From Amoebidium appalachense (Eukaryota; Protista; Ichthyosporea), in assembly GCA_963693365.1 (NCBI GenBank), contig CAVNZM010000002.1, forward strand, positions 13,859,615 through 13,923,614: DNA of 64,000 nt, given 5' to 3'. Positions 27,035 through 40,867 of this stretch are shown here, piece by piece; position 1 is the first letter of the stretch; every line of letters begins with the position of its first letter. Both the position numbers and the translations under genes were made by a program. The notes under the pieces were generated by a model. The model was not told the origin of the DNA, did not search any database, and saw only the letters and a program-made list of their open reading frames with translations.

Positions 27035-28065
27035 ACACACACACAAATGAAAACAAACGAAGAAGAAAGGAAGGAAGGGATAAAAGGAAAAAGAAAACGA
27101 ATTAAGAGAGAGAAGAAAAGGCAGACTGTATGTATCGAGGCATGCACTAGGCATCCATACATCAATGTTTCAAACCCGCCATCACAACAGTTACTTAAAC
27201 ATATTGCTGCCTAAAAGACCCACCTTCCTTCCCCCCTTTCCCCCCGCTATTTCCCTCTCCCCCCCCCCTCACCCCCCCCCCCCTCACCCCCTCCCTCCCT
27301 CCCTCCCCCCTCAGCTCCAATGCCCTCCCAAAGCCCTTCCGCCCCAACGGGTGTAAAAGTCATATACAAGCAACACACAAGCAACACACATACGATAGAG
27401 ATAAAACACAATCACCCTGTGTCACCCGCCTTAACAGAGAAGGTCACTTCTTCTTGCCAGAGTTTTGTGTGGTGCAAAATGGTGGCAACCTTCTCTCTGA
27501 CTTTCAAACCTTCCTCCATTTCCATCGGCATGGATTTGATAAAATCGGCGAGTTCTGTAGGGTATATCCCCGGGTCTCCCTTTCCGGAAGCCCCTGGTTT
27601 GTACACTTGCCGAAGGAACTCTCGTTGGAGTTGTATGTTTGTTGTAGACAACAGTGGCTCGCCAATTAAGTTGAGTAGAAGATGCTCCGACGACTCTGTG
27701 TGACAACCAAAAAACGTGTTATCCACAAAAATTGAAGAGATTGGTTAAATGTCTTCAATACATGTGAAAGGGAGCCTTTCTAAAAAAAAGAGATGTTTCA
27801 ACAGGCCATGGGTGAAACCTGTGATCGTTGTCGTGTTCAAATATGTGTCAATCGTATGGCAACAGAGGTTTGTTCATTACCAAAAATGTCTTCGTGTGTG
27901 ATTGTGCATGCGTGTGTGCATGCGTGTGCGTGTGTGTGTGCGTGTGTGTGTGCGTGTGCGTGTGCGTGTGCGTGTGCGTGTGCGTGTGCGTGTGCGTGTG
28001 CGTGTGCGTGTACGTGTGTGTGTGAGTGTGCGTGTGCGTGTGCGTGCGTGTGCGCGCGCGCGCGC

Positions 28066-28096
<31 letters not shown>

Positions 28097-30509
28097 TGTG
28101 TGTTGTGCGGGTGTATTTGTGTATTGGTAGGTGTATGCAGTGTTTGGGTGCATTCAAGCATGTGTAACAGGGTCGTGTGTGTGTGTACGGCTGTATTTTG
28201 CCTGTGACCAGGTAGACGTAAATGTTTGCTTGGGTATGGGCAAAAAATGCAAGTGTAATCTCATGCACTTTTTGCCACATTAACAAACACATTCGAATCT
28301 CAGTCCGGGCTAGAGAACACACTATTCACCTTTGCGCAGCTTTCCCAAATACCCCACGCTGTGCAGGGTTTCGACCATCTGACACAGGTTGTTGAATTTC
28401 GTCGGCTCCTTCTCGCTGATCAAAAACAACTTCAGCACTATGTCTGCAACCAGCCTGCGGAAAAGTCCCCAACGACCTCGCAATATCACCCCGGCCATTC
28501 TCAAAAAATCCTCATATGCCGCATATGGCAATGACATTGGATCGGTTAAACCCCAGAAGAATCGATTGAGAGCCGTCAGGGATTTCTGTGGGTCACCACC
28601 CGAGATGGCAATGATGTGGGACCTACAGAAACTGAAATAGGGCTCGTTAGCGCGTTCCCAGTTATAAAGGGCCCATGCATCCAGAAGGTAACTCTGCATG
28701 GGAAAAAGAACAGGAATAAGTACAATGTATGCAGCAGACACCTTTTTAACGAACAGTTATCTTGGTGCCTATTTCTGAATGTTTCTTACAAGGATTATCG
28801 TCTCGATGTCGCAAAACAGCATCTATTCCCTCCCCCCTCCCCCCCCCCCCCCGTTTCCCCCTCAAACCAAGAGAGGGAGGGAGGGGGGGGAGGGGGGGGG
28901 GGGGGGGGGGAGTTTGGAGAAGAAGGGAGGGAGGGGAGGGAAGAGAGTTCAGGGTAAGTAATAGAGAGGGAGGGGAGAAGGGAGGGAAAGGGAGCGATGA
29001 TAGGGTTAGGGAAAGAGAGCAATTGAAGAGGGATGGAGGGAACGAGGGATAGAGAGGGAGGGAGGGAGAGAGGGGAAGAAAAAGTGAGGTAGAAAAGGAA
29101 AGGGACGGAGGCAAAGGGGAGAGGGAGACGGAAAAGGAGCGAGGGAAAGAGAGGGCATAGGAGAGGTGGGGGAGGGGGGGGGGGGGGGGGGGGAGTGAGG
29201 GAAAAAAGAAAGGAGGGGGGAGGGCTGGTGGGGGAGAAGACACACAGGGGGGGGGGGGGGGGGGAGGGAGAGAGAGGGAGGGAGAGAGGGAGGAAAGAGG
29301 GAGGAGAGAGAGGGAGGAGAGAGAGAGAGGGAGGAAGAGTCATGGTGAGAGGGAGAGAAGAGAGAGAGAGGGAGGGAGGGAGGGGGGAGATATGGAGATG
29401 AAGGGGTGAAGGGTTTGGGGGGGAGGGGGGGGGGGGGTTCAGAGAAAGAGGGGGAGGGAGGGAGGGAGAGGGATTGAGGGATAGAAGGACGGATGGAAGG
29501 AGGGAGGGAGGGAGAGAAGGACATACCAAATGATCGTCCAGAGGTGCATCAGTCGGGGGGCTGAACATCTTCATGACCTCCATACACAGAGCATTGTAGT
29601 TGAATTCATGACACATGGCGTGAAGAATGGATCCCCGGCCCTCTATCGGTGTAGTGATGCCATTGCTTGGTACCTGCCTTGAGCACAATAATGTCAGTTG
29701 GGTGTGGATGAGAGTAAGAATAGGTCTTACACTAGGCAACTTGACTACACACACAACACACACAAACAAATGTTTCGGTAAAAGAGAACCTCCCTCCCCC
29801 CCCCCCCCCCTCCCCCCCCCCCCTCTCCCCCTGTCCCTCCCTCCCCAACACCAACAAACGGAAAACCTGTAAACCGACCCACCATTTAGTAAGATTATAA
29901 ATGATAAGGCTTGCTTATAATCAAGTAAATATCTAATCCCCCCCCCCCCCTCCTCCCCCAGTTGAATTAGATAGGATGAGAGCTGTAAAAAATGGAACCC
30001 CCCCCCCCCCCCCCCCTCCCAAGTCTCCGGAGCCATTCAGATGGAATACATAATAAATAGCAACTAAAATAGCAAACCAATGAGCGGATATGCAAAGAGC
30101 CATACTCAACAGGAGAACATGCATTAACATAGTTTTATGAACAAGTGCCAAACAGTATAAGGTTGACTGATCAGCTTGGTCAAGAAGGTTTTGAATATCC
30201 AGCCACACCTTGCTCTGAAGCAATTCCAATGTCATCCCCCCCTCCCGCCCCTCTCCTCCTCCCCCCTCCCCCCCCCCCCCCCCCCCCTTCCTCCCAAATC
30301 CCATCACAAAGGAAAAAAAAAAAAAAAAGGAGGAAAGCAAAAGCAGACAGAGTCCTCGTCCCTGCGGCTCCTCCCTCTCTCGTTCAGTTGTTCCACACAC
30401 CCACGCGCACACACACAGGCAGGCAGACACACAGACAGTAAAGGGGAGCAAGAGAAAAGAGGGACTTTTGCCTGCAACGTTGTTAGTCGATTGCTCACCC
30501 TCCCCCCCC

Positions 30510-30540
<31 letters not shown>

Positions 30541-30700
30541 ACCACACACACACACACCAACGCACACACCAACCCCACGCAGGCACGCACGCGCGCAGGC
30601 GCAGGCACGCATGCACACACACAGCCACACCCACACACACACACACACGTACACGTACACGTACACACGCGCACGCGCATGCGCATGCGCATGCGCACGC

Positions 30701-30779
<79 letters not shown>

Positions 30780-30938
30780 TTCTTCGGTCTTCACCGAAAC
30801 CCACACCACCAGAAAGCAAAACGGCTCCCCTTATTCGTGGACCTGGTGAGACGAACCTACATTCTTTTTTGGTCACCCAAAAAAAACAAAAAAACAGTAT
30901 GTCTTACCCAGCAACCCACCGTCCCCCCCCCCCCCCCC

Positions 30939-30969
<31 letters not shown>

Positions 30970-31819
30970 CAAACAAACAAAAAAACCCCTTCTACATAGC
31001 ATGTACCTTAGGAATAACCCACAAAGTCTTAACTTCTGCTCCATTATTCCAGCTTGTATGTTCATATCAAGGAGAACGGGGGGAGGGGGGAGGGGGGGGG
31101 GGGGGGGGAAAGAAAGAGAGAAAATGTGCACATGCTAGCAGAGGACACAAGGGATCAAGTACCCATTAGACTCCAGAAAGTCTTTCCAGGCGATTAAAAT
31201 TGTCCTCACGGCAGCAAGGGACCCCTCGTATAGTCTGTGACAGGACCAGGGTATGAACATCCTTCGTATCCCACTGCGGAGCATGGCGTGCAATAAACTC
31301 TAGCCGGCTGAATTCGCCTGCATTCTTCCCCGAAAGAATGGCACGCTCCAACAGTCTAAAGGGGCCACCGCGCAGCCGGAAAAATGTGGCGATCGATATG
31401 TAACTGCCGCTTCCGTCTTGATCCATGCATGGGATGGGGAACCGGGAAATATAGGCCCATTCTGTTAGGTTCTGTGTAAGGTCAAGATAAAGCCATCGCT
31501 TCACCTGCAAGAAAGGGCGTGAAGTCAGGTTGCTTGTCACTATGGGGTGGTAAAAAAGGTAGAAACTCTCTCTCTCTCTCTTCTCTCAACCGCTCCCCCC
31601 CCCCCCCTCCCCCCCCTTTCCCCCTCCTTTATTTTTTTCAATCATCTCTCCCCCCTCCACCCCGTCCCCCCCCCCCCCCCCCCCCCCCCCCTTCCCCTCC
31701 ACCTCACCAGTTGTTCACGTGCTTCATTCAACCCCTTGGGCCGACCCCTTCCCCCCCCTCTCCCCTCTCCCCCCCCCCCCCCCCCTTCCTCCCCCCCCCT
31801 CTCCACACACACACGCATG

Positions 31820-31953
<134 letters not shown>

Positions 31954-32579
31954 CACTGATTAACATCTGATCACCTACGTTTTAATCTTGTGATATGTCT
32001 GTTCCTCCCGTTCTTGTTTCCCTTAATGACCACAGTAGTTACCTGGGTTCCCTCTTCTCATATCTCTGCCCTTCGCATAAATCCCCAGAATTGTCTCCCT
32101 ATGCCGGCTACAAGGAAAAGATGACGATACAGCACTGGTTTTCATTATTCCTTCCAGAAACAACACATAAGAGAGCAGCATCTGCCCAACCGTGTTTGCT
32201 TTCCAGCACAAATTCACTGCTCCGCCCCCCTCCCTCCCCCTCTCCCCCCCCCCCCTTCCCCCCCCCCCCCCCCCCCCCTCTTCCTCCTCCTTGTTGCAAG
32301 GTACCTCTTTGTTAGCCCGTCAAAAGCCGGCGCCAGTGGATGTGCCGTGGGCTCTGGCGGCCGCACATATCGGTTACCCTTGCGAACCATGGCTGTAGGC
32401 AGGATACAGAGTAAGTTTTTGGGATGTAAGTGTTGGTTTTCTTATGCTTGGAAAACTATTTGGGGGGGGGGGGGGGGGCAAGTTATATTCATTTGAATGG
32501 CCCGGGGTTTTTTAGGTTGTAGCATTCGATCCAAATATTGTGGCCTAAAAATCAGTGTCAGTGTTTACGGGAGATCTCC

Positions 32580-32628
<49 letters not shown>

Positions 32629-32849
32629 GGGGAGACGGGGGGCGGAGGGGGGGGAAGGGGGGGGGGGGGGAAGGGGGCGCTGGGGGTTGGGGGGGGGGGG
32701 GGGGAGGGGGGGGGGGGGGAGGGAGAGGCTGAGCTTTAGCAAGGGGGAACACTGGGCTTGGACATATGCAGTTCAGAGAGGAAACATTTAGGCCGGATAA
32801 CAGTGTGTAAGGAGCATATACATTGATCTCAGTAGCCCAGGCACACGCA

Positions 32850-33123
32850 TTGTAATGCTGCTAAGAGCGGTTCAGGTCTGGGCCCGCACCTTGCAACATA
32901 ACGTCGATATGAAGCCAAATCTACATCATAGTTGTATATTCTATGCTTGGCTTTGCCCATATATGGTACAGCTACCTCCCTTTGCATCAAGCGCGTTGCC
33001 ATGTAAACAAGCAATTGGGAAACGACCACCTTTTAAGAGCCAGTGAAGCACATTATGTAGCAGTACCAGAATTTCACAGAAATCTTTTAGAGTGGAGTAG
33101 ATGCGGCATACTGCGCTAAGCAC
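32850..33123 (-). CDS. Possible upstream exon(s), unknown protein, perhaps the 5' part of the TRANK1-like gene
   Basis: Non-repetitive open frames joined by a 1-nt shift in an A run (WLLK/VVVSQLLVYMATRL); no recognisable domain. Confidence 0.3.
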
Positions 33124-33177
33124 TCAAGCATTTTATAACAACGAATTGCTGGGAAAAAGGGAGGCACGCTGGGGGAA

Positions 33178-33209
<32 letters not shown>

Positions 33210-33373
33210 GGAGGAGAGGGCAGAGTGGAAAATATGGGTCTGGGTTTACCATGGTCTTCGGGGGTGTTCATTAAAAAGCACATTTTATCCTAAGGATACC
33301 AAAAGCAGGTTATGAATCGCGCCTCATGGCGCGAAAGCTGGTGTTGGTGTATGTGTTCTCTCTCTCTATGTGT

Positions 33374-34530
<1,157 letters not shown>

Positions 34531-35621
34531 CGTGTGTGTGTGTGTGCGTGTGTGCGTGCGTGCGCGCGCACGCACGCGTGCACGTGGGCGGGCGCCTGTG
34601 TGAGTGGGTGGGTGGGGGCGGAGGGGGGGAAGGAGGCAGGATAGCTAGACAGGAAGAGAAACCCTACATCAAGCTTGACCAAGGCTCATAGGAGATGCAC
34701 CCATAACGACTAATCCGGTCTTCCACACTTACTTAGAGAGCAAAAGGTTTCACCTTAACGTGACCAAACAATACATAGGAGCAGTTCACCAGGAGTTGCG
34801 GGATAGTACTGGCACGCCTGAACGGGCCCTGTGCAGACTCGATTTCTCAAAAAAGGGAGGAGACCTGTCACTTCCGTATTCAATCATAAGGTCACTCCGG
34901 ACCCTTGATAAGGCCTATGGCATACGGCGGTGTCACGTTTGAAACCAGAGATATCGAAGTACTTTTGCTGGCCGGGTCCACCTGTGCTGCCCACCTGAGA
35001 GTCCGGCTGCGCAGTGACGTCAAGGTCATGAAACAGGAGTCTGATTGGAGCGGATAGCACCGCACGCATCTATTCGTCCCGAGATTGTGGCCACACTTAC
35101 CGATTGTGCAATTCTAACCCCTCCTTGTGATATAGCTTGGAAATGTTTATTTTGGTGCTGTAACCTTTGTTTCCATAAATGTTTGTGCCACTTTTGTGCA
35201 GAACCTTTTTCTCGTAAACACTTAGATAGATGTATTTATTTATCTCAGATTATTCCGTTAGTGAAAATTAGAAGACAGGCTTATTTAGATAATCCTGATA
35301 TTACGTCTATTGACTATCTGTTGAACCACGGTATGTTTAACGAGTTTTCTAGGTGTATGATTATTTAAGTCGTTATCTCCTCCGTATCCGAGAGTGAGGG
35401 CTTCTATATTTTCTTCTCCGAGATATCACCGCTTCTATTTTGCTGAGCATATCAATAAAGTCATTATAAAAAAATTTCACACCGATTTTGGAGGAAGCTG
35501 CAGCTCGGCCCGCGGCTCGCCCGAAGTCGCCCTCCGTCGGACTTGCTTCCTCAGGCACACGGGCTCGCTGCCGGGGCGAGCGAAACTGTGCACGTGAGAA
35601 TGTGAAGTTCGCACATCCCCC

Positions 35622-35698
35622 CCTCGCTGCAAGCTGCAGACAAAAACGCACTACTGCTTGCGGGTGACACGGCAGACTATTGCTCACCAGGTGTGAGC
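35622..35698 (+). pseudogene. Fragment of a TRANK1-like paralogue (motif III, AADKNALLLAGDTA.TIA.GVS)
   Basis: Inverted match to 22292-22363, with mostly third-position differences plus small indels. Confidence 0.75.
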
Positions 35699-35702
35699 GA
35701 CG

Positions 35703-35773
35703 GTAGTGTGTACACTCTGCTAGTCAGGCGAGAATAGTAGGGGCTTTTGCCGTAAGTCAGCACTTTTCTTGCA
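35703..35773 (+). repeat. Remnant 3' end of the copia 5' LTR
   Basis: Identical to 52518-52589 apart from one C; ends in CA directly before the PBS. Confidence 0.88.
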
Positions 35774-35789
35774 GGTTATAGGCCATAGC
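35774..35789 (+). promoter_or_regulatory. Primer-binding site, half-tRNAiMet type
   Basis: GGTTATAGGCC directly after the LTR CA, resembling the Drosophila copia PBS GGTTATGGGCCC. Confidence 0.65.
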
Positions 35790-35816
35790 ACGCTAGTACC
35801 ACTGCTTTTGGCGAAA

Positions 35817-37450
35817 ATGAAGTTTGACGACGCTAAACTTCCGAAAGCACCGACGCTGACAGGTAGCGAAAATTATGTCAGATTCCGGAGATTGTTCGCC
35901 GATTATTTCAAAGCACGGGGCCTCGCAGATTGCTTGACAACTCGACCTCCTGCCTATGTTTACTCCGAGTCCGGCTCTGCACACGCCCGTGGGAGCCCAG
36001 GGATCGGAACCGTTAGGACCAGGCTTGATTTCTCTTCTACTACCACCCCGGTACAGCGCCCGACTACGGCCAGTGGGCGTAGCCAGGGTCGTAGCAACAC
36101 TACAGCACCCGACGGCAACGAGCAAGGCATCGCCGCTGATGAACAGCTGGACGAGAATGCAGAGGTGGAAACCGACGGCGTTTCTTTGTCCGCGCAGGCA
36201 GACGAGTGCCAGCGCCAGGCGCAGGCGCGCTATCTTCTCCTTACGAACGTGAGCAAGGAAATCCAGGACTCGGTGCAGGACCTGGAAACCGCGTTTGACA
36301 TATGGCACGACCTCGAGAGCACCTACGGGCACGTGAGTGAGCAAGTGCAGGCAGCAATGCTCTCCGAGTGGTACGACCTTGCCAACACAGTTGACCGGAG
36401 AACCACAATTACGGCTCTGTTTGGCACGGTGCGGGCTTTGGCTTCCCGCCTGGCTGATGCCGGTGTTCCTCAGCCCCCTCACCTCATCCGTTTGAAGGTG
36501 CTTGAATGCTTACCGCCGCAATTTGCCGAGCTCAAGACATCATTGTTTGTGGTGCGCAACACTTTGACGCTCGAAGAGCTTAAGCACGATCTGCTAGCTT
36601 TCGAGGTGACCATGAACAAGACCAAGCGCCGCAACCACAAACCCGATCCTCCCAACCCACCCAAGCCCACTGCTATGACTGCGCAGATCAGTGCCCGCGA
36701 CAAGTCAACAAAGCCCTCGGACGGGGGCAGGCAGGTTGCACCGCGTGGGGCTGGTGCCAACAACCGCAATTCTGGGAACTGCGGCGACCGGCGCCCCACT
36801 AAAACCAACAACAACGACCGTGAGTATTGTCGCAAGCACGGCCTGTGTTTCTCCTGCAAGCAGCCTGGGCATTTCCAGCCCATGTGCCCCCGGCGCCTTG
36901 AGACACTCCGTGCCAACCTGGCTGCAGCTGAGGCTCTTGCTGGTGGCGACAGTTCTGACCACGAGGGTACACTGCTCATGGCCGTTGCCACTGCTACTGC
37001 CCTACCTGCCTCCCGTGCACGTGCGGATGCCTGGACGTGGGATGGGGCCGCCTCCTGCCACATGTCTTCCTTCAAGGGGGATTTTGTGTCGCTGACCCCC
37101 ATGGTTCCACCTGCCCGCGTGCGCGTTGGTGGCGGTGTGATTGAGGCTACGGCTAGTGGTATTGTCCGTGTGGATGCCTGGCACAACGGCAAACAACACA
37201 GGCTGCTTCTACAGACCTGGTATGTGCCGAAATTGGGCGCCCGTTTGTTTTCTGCCCCAATGGCCGCTCGCAGCGAAAAGGGTGAACACCAGTCTCGGGT
37301 GGGAAAGGATGCGGTGACTGTTTATACCCCAGCCGGTGAAGTCTTCTTCCAGTGCCCCATTGACCCGGGCTCTAACATTTACCTCTGCCCGTTTTCCGCC
37401 CCAGGAGCACCCCCACCCACCACTGTGTCGGCCTTAACACGCGCCACACG
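35817..37450 (+). CDS. gag: Copia Gag plus aspartic protease
   Basis: LTGSENY N-terminus, UBN2-like core (AFDIWHDLESTY, LECLPPQF), CCHC knuckle CFSCKQPGHFQPMC, protease WTWDGAASCHM...WYVPKLGARLFS. Frameshift to pol near 37440; the listed ORF runs on to 37775. Confidence 0.85.
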
Positions 37451-37519
37451 GCCACCCCAGCACCAGCTGTTGCCCCGGTCCTCTCCCCTTCCCCTGTTCC
37501 CCTCCCTGCACTCGCTGCT

Positions 37520-40500
37520 ATGCAGGAGGAGGAGAAGGAGGACACCGTACCTGCCGGTTTTTGCAGCGATAATGAGGACAGTGGGTATGAAACAGACACC
37601 ACGATGGTTATTAGTGGCCCCGCTCGCACCACCACCGCCACCTCCGCGGAGCCACCCACAGCCGAAAGTGGTGCCCCAACATCACAGGCCCCTTCGGCAG
37701 TGCCCACACAGCACCCATGGTCACCCTACAAGAATGCTGGGGCAGCCACCTACGAGGTGTGGCACCGCCGTTTAGGCCACATCAATTCGGGCTATCTGCT
37801 GCGCATGTCGAAAGGTGGTATGGTCGACGGGCTACAACTCACCAGCAGCATTCCCCGGTCCGACACCCAACAACTGTGTGAGGGGTGCATTTTGGGCAAG
37901 GCCAAGGACCAGCCGTATCCTACCACCGGACGCACGCGCGCTACGGCCCCGCTCGGCATTGTGCATGTTGACCTGGGGGGTCCTTACCCCGAATCCGTTG
38001 GTCACAAGTTCTACGTCATGTGTGCGCAGTGTGATGCCACCGACATGTGCTTTGTGTGGTGCCTGAACAACAAGGCCGAGGCTGGGGACATCCTCAAGGC
38101 TTTCACCGTGCAGATGGAGCGCCAACACAACTACCGAGTCGGCATTTTTCGCCACGATGGGGGGGAACTCACCGCCAAGCATTTTCGCAGTTTTTGCGAA
38201 CAGCTGGGGATTGTGCAGCAACAGACCGCACCATATCAACACGGCCAGAATGGTAAGGCAGAGTGGCTGGTCGGCTTCATCGTGAAGATGGCGCGCACCC
38301 TAATGGCCAGCGTACCCGGGTTTCCGCGCCACCACTGGCCTTCCGCCGTCCAGACAGCCACCTACGTGTCCAATATGACCCCACACAAGGCCACGTTTGA
38401 CAAAACTCCGTTTGAGGCATTTTATGGCATCAAGCCCAACGTCTCCCACCTACGAGTCTTTGGTTGCCTGGCCTACCCCACTATCCCAGCCGAGAAACGT
38501 AGCAACAAATTGGCCCCACGCGCCGAACACGGCATTTTGATTGGCTACGGCAGCGACGGGGGGGTGCAGGTGAAGGGATACCGCATATTGCTGGCCACCG
38601 AAAAGGGCTTTGAGAAGGTCGTGGTGAGGAGGAGTGTGGTGTTCGACGAGGGTATGACCCTGCACAAGGGCACCCCGACCCCCTTCAGCCCCACTACACC
38701 CACCAGCGTGTCGCACGATTCGCTGACTCCGGCAGCCAATCAGATCGAGCCACCAGTACGCCAGCCACCCGTTGATCCTGCCACAGCGGGCGAAGCTGTA
38801 CCACACACACCACCGTGCACACCGGCTACCCAGGCAACCACACAGGAGGAGACTGCACCAGTTGCAAGTGCACAGCAACGGGCTACTTCCCCTGCGACAG
38901 CACCAACCAATCGGCGCGTGCGGATTGGGGGGGAGGTTGTGCCTACCCACCACCAGCCACCTAGGACCCGTAGTGGCCGTGTGTTCAACTCTAGTGAGCA
39001 CGTGGGTGGTGGACGCATGCGCGACAACAGCAAGGTGCTAGCCATGACGGCAGCAGCCAGTGCTCTGGCCAGCACCACCACCAGCGGCAGCAACAGTGAT
39101 GGCACCGGCATGACCGAGCCCATCTACTATGTAGCCGACGTGCCCATACCAAATTCGCTGAGGGAGGCACGTGCGTCATCTTTTGCACCACAGTGGGAGG
39201 AGGCCATGCATGCAGAGCTAGAAAAGCTGGACAAGTACGGCACCTACTCACTAGTAGACCCCCCGCCAGGCTGCAAGCCAATCAAAGTGCGATGGGTGTA
39301 TGACGTCAAGACCAACGCCAACAACGCTGTTATCCGCTTCCGGGCCCGCCTAGTGGCTAAGGGATACACCCAGAGGCCGGGTCTGGACTACACCGAGACC
39401 TTCTGCTCCACCGCCAACCCCGCCACAACACGCTACATCATCGCGCTTGCTGCTGAGCTCGGCCATCACCTATGCTACTTCGATGTGGACAGCGCATTCC
39501 TCAACGCGCCACTGCAGGAGGAGATCTACATGTGCCAGCCTGAGGGTTTCGTCATACCAGGCAAGGAGGGAATGGTGTGCATTTTGCACAAGGCCATCTA
39601 CGGGCTCAAGCAGGCAGCACACGAGTGGATGGAGACTTTTGCTGCCGGCCTGCGCACCATTGGCTGGGTGCGCACCGAGGCCGACCCCTCCCTCTTCACC
39701 CGCGGGACAGACAGCCCGGGCACCAACAAGCAGCTTATGGTGGTGCACATTGACGACATGGTGTGCAAGGTAACTACCGAGGAGGATGGCAACTTGCTGG
39801 AGCAGGAGCTCTCGGGCATCTTCCACATCAAGAAGGGTGGCAGCAGTTTTGTGGGGGTGGAGATCAACAAACTGAGCACTGGCGCCATCAAGATCCATCA
39901 AGCCCCCTACGCACAACAGGTGCTCGAGCGCTACGGCATGGCTGACTGCAAGCCTGTGGACACACCCATGACACTGGATAAGCTCAGCAAGACCCAGTGC
40001 CCAGCAACCCGGGAGGAGGTGGCAGCAATGGCTACCGATGCAGCTGTGTACCAGGCCATTGTCGGCAGCCTGATGTATCTGGCCGTGTGGACCCGCCCGG
40101 ACATTGCCGCCCCTGTGAGCGTGCTTGCGCGATTTCTCAGCAACCCCGGGCAGGACCACCTTGCCGCCGCCAAACGTGTGCTGCGCTACATCAAGGGCAC
40201 CATTGACCACGGCATCACCTACCGCCGGTCCACCAGCGCGGACACCAAGGGGCAGGTTGTTTGTTACGTGGATGCTGATTGGGCGGGAAACCCAGACAAC
40301 CGCCGCTCAACGACAGGTGTGGTGTTTCTTGCTGCTAGGGGTGCCATTTTGTGGGCATCCAAGCTGCAGACCGTGGTGGCAGACAGCACCGCAGAGGCCG
40401 AGTATGTGAGCGCAGCCCGTGCTACCAAGGAGGCCCTGTGGTTGCGCAAACTGACTACCGCCTGCGGCTTCCCTCCTATTAGCCCCACCATCCTGCACGA

Positions 40501-40744
40501 GGACAACCAGGCCTGCATCAAGATAGCCAAGAACCCCGAGTTGTTCAACCGCACGAAGCATATCGACATCAAGTACCACCTCACTCGCCACCACGTCCGT
40601 CGCGGCGACATTTGCTTTGTGTACGTGCCGACCAATGAGCAGGCGGCAGACATGCTCACCAAAGCACTCGGGGGTGCAGCTCTCAACAACTGCAAGAAGA
40701 TGGTGGGCATGGACACGTGCGACAAGTCATCGCGAAAGGTGTAG
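37520..40744 (+). CDS. pol: Copia Pol: integrase, reverse transcriptase, RNase H
   Basis: WHRRLGH, CEGCILGK, VHVDLGGP, RHDGGE, NGKAEW; FRARLVAKGY, DVDSAFL, KAIYGLKQA, HIDD; YVDADWAG, RRSTTG, STAEAEY, EDNQ, RTKHIDIKYH, ADMLTKAL. Confidence 0.95.
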   Translation: MQEEEKEDTVPAGFCSDNEDSGYETDTTMVISGPARTTTATSAEPPTAESGAPTSQAPSAVPTQHPWSPYKNAGAATYEVWHRRLGHINSGYLLRMSKGGMVDGLQLTSSIPRSDTQQLCEGCILGKAKDQPYPTTGRTRATAPLGIVHVDLGGPYPESVGHKFYVMCAQCDATDMCFVWCLNNKAEAGDILKAFTVQMERQHNYRVGIFRHDGGELTAKHFRSFCEQLGIVQQQTAPYQHGQNGKAEWLVGFIVKMARTLMASVPGFPRHHWPSAVQTATYVSNMTPHKATFDKTPFEAFYGIKPNVSHLRVFGCLAYPTIPAEKRSNKLAPRAEHGILIGYGSDGGVQVKGYRILLATEKGFEKVVVRRSVVFDEGMTLHKGTPTPFSPTTPTSVSHDSLTPAANQIEPPVRQPPVDPATAGEAVPHTPPCTPATQATTQEETAPVASAQQRATSPATAPTNRRVRIGGEVVPTHHQPPRTRSGRVFNSSEHVGGGRMRDNSKVLAMTAAASALASTTTSGSNSDGTGMTEPIYYVADVPIPNSLREARASSFAPQWEEAMHAELEKLDKYGTYSLVDPPPGCKPIKVRWVYDVKTNANNAVIRFRARLVAKGYTQRPGLDYTETFCSTANPATTRYIIALAAELGHHLCYFDVDSAFLNAPLQEEIYMCQPEGFVIPGKEGMVCILHKAIYGLKQAAHEWMETFAAGLRTIGWVRTEADPSLFTRGTDSPGTNKQLMVVHIDDMVCKVTTEEDGNLLEQELSGIFHIKKGGSSFVGVEINKLSTGAIKIHQAPYAQQVLERYGMADCKPVDTPMTLDKLSKTQCPATREEVAAMATDAAVYQAIVGSLMYLAVWTRPDIAAPVSVLARFLSNPGQDHLAAAKRVLRYIKGTIDHGITYRRSTSADTKGQVVCYVDADWAGNPDNRRSTTGVVFLAARGAILWASKLQTVVADSTAEAEYVSAARATKEALWLRKLTTACGFPPISPTILHEDNQACIKIAKNPELFNRTKHIDIKYHLTRHHVRRGDICFVYVPTNEQAADMLTKALGGAALNNCKKMVGMDTCDKSSRKV

Positions 40745-40867
40745 AAGAAGTGAGCGAATATTTGTGGCTATGCAACAAGGGGTGCGAGTGATTGTGTTTT
40801 CATTAATATTTATTCGCTAATTTCTATTGGTGCACATTTATTCGCTAAAATTTGTATTGCAGTATTT
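40740..40867 (+). repeat. Copia 3' LTR, left piece
   Basis: TG start after the purine run gaaagg at the end of pol; imperfect inverted match to the LTR end. Confidence 0.6.

Noticed and set aside
34680-35070. Continuation of gypsy pol left of the copia
   Set aside because: Only short frames with no RT, RNase H or integrase motifs.
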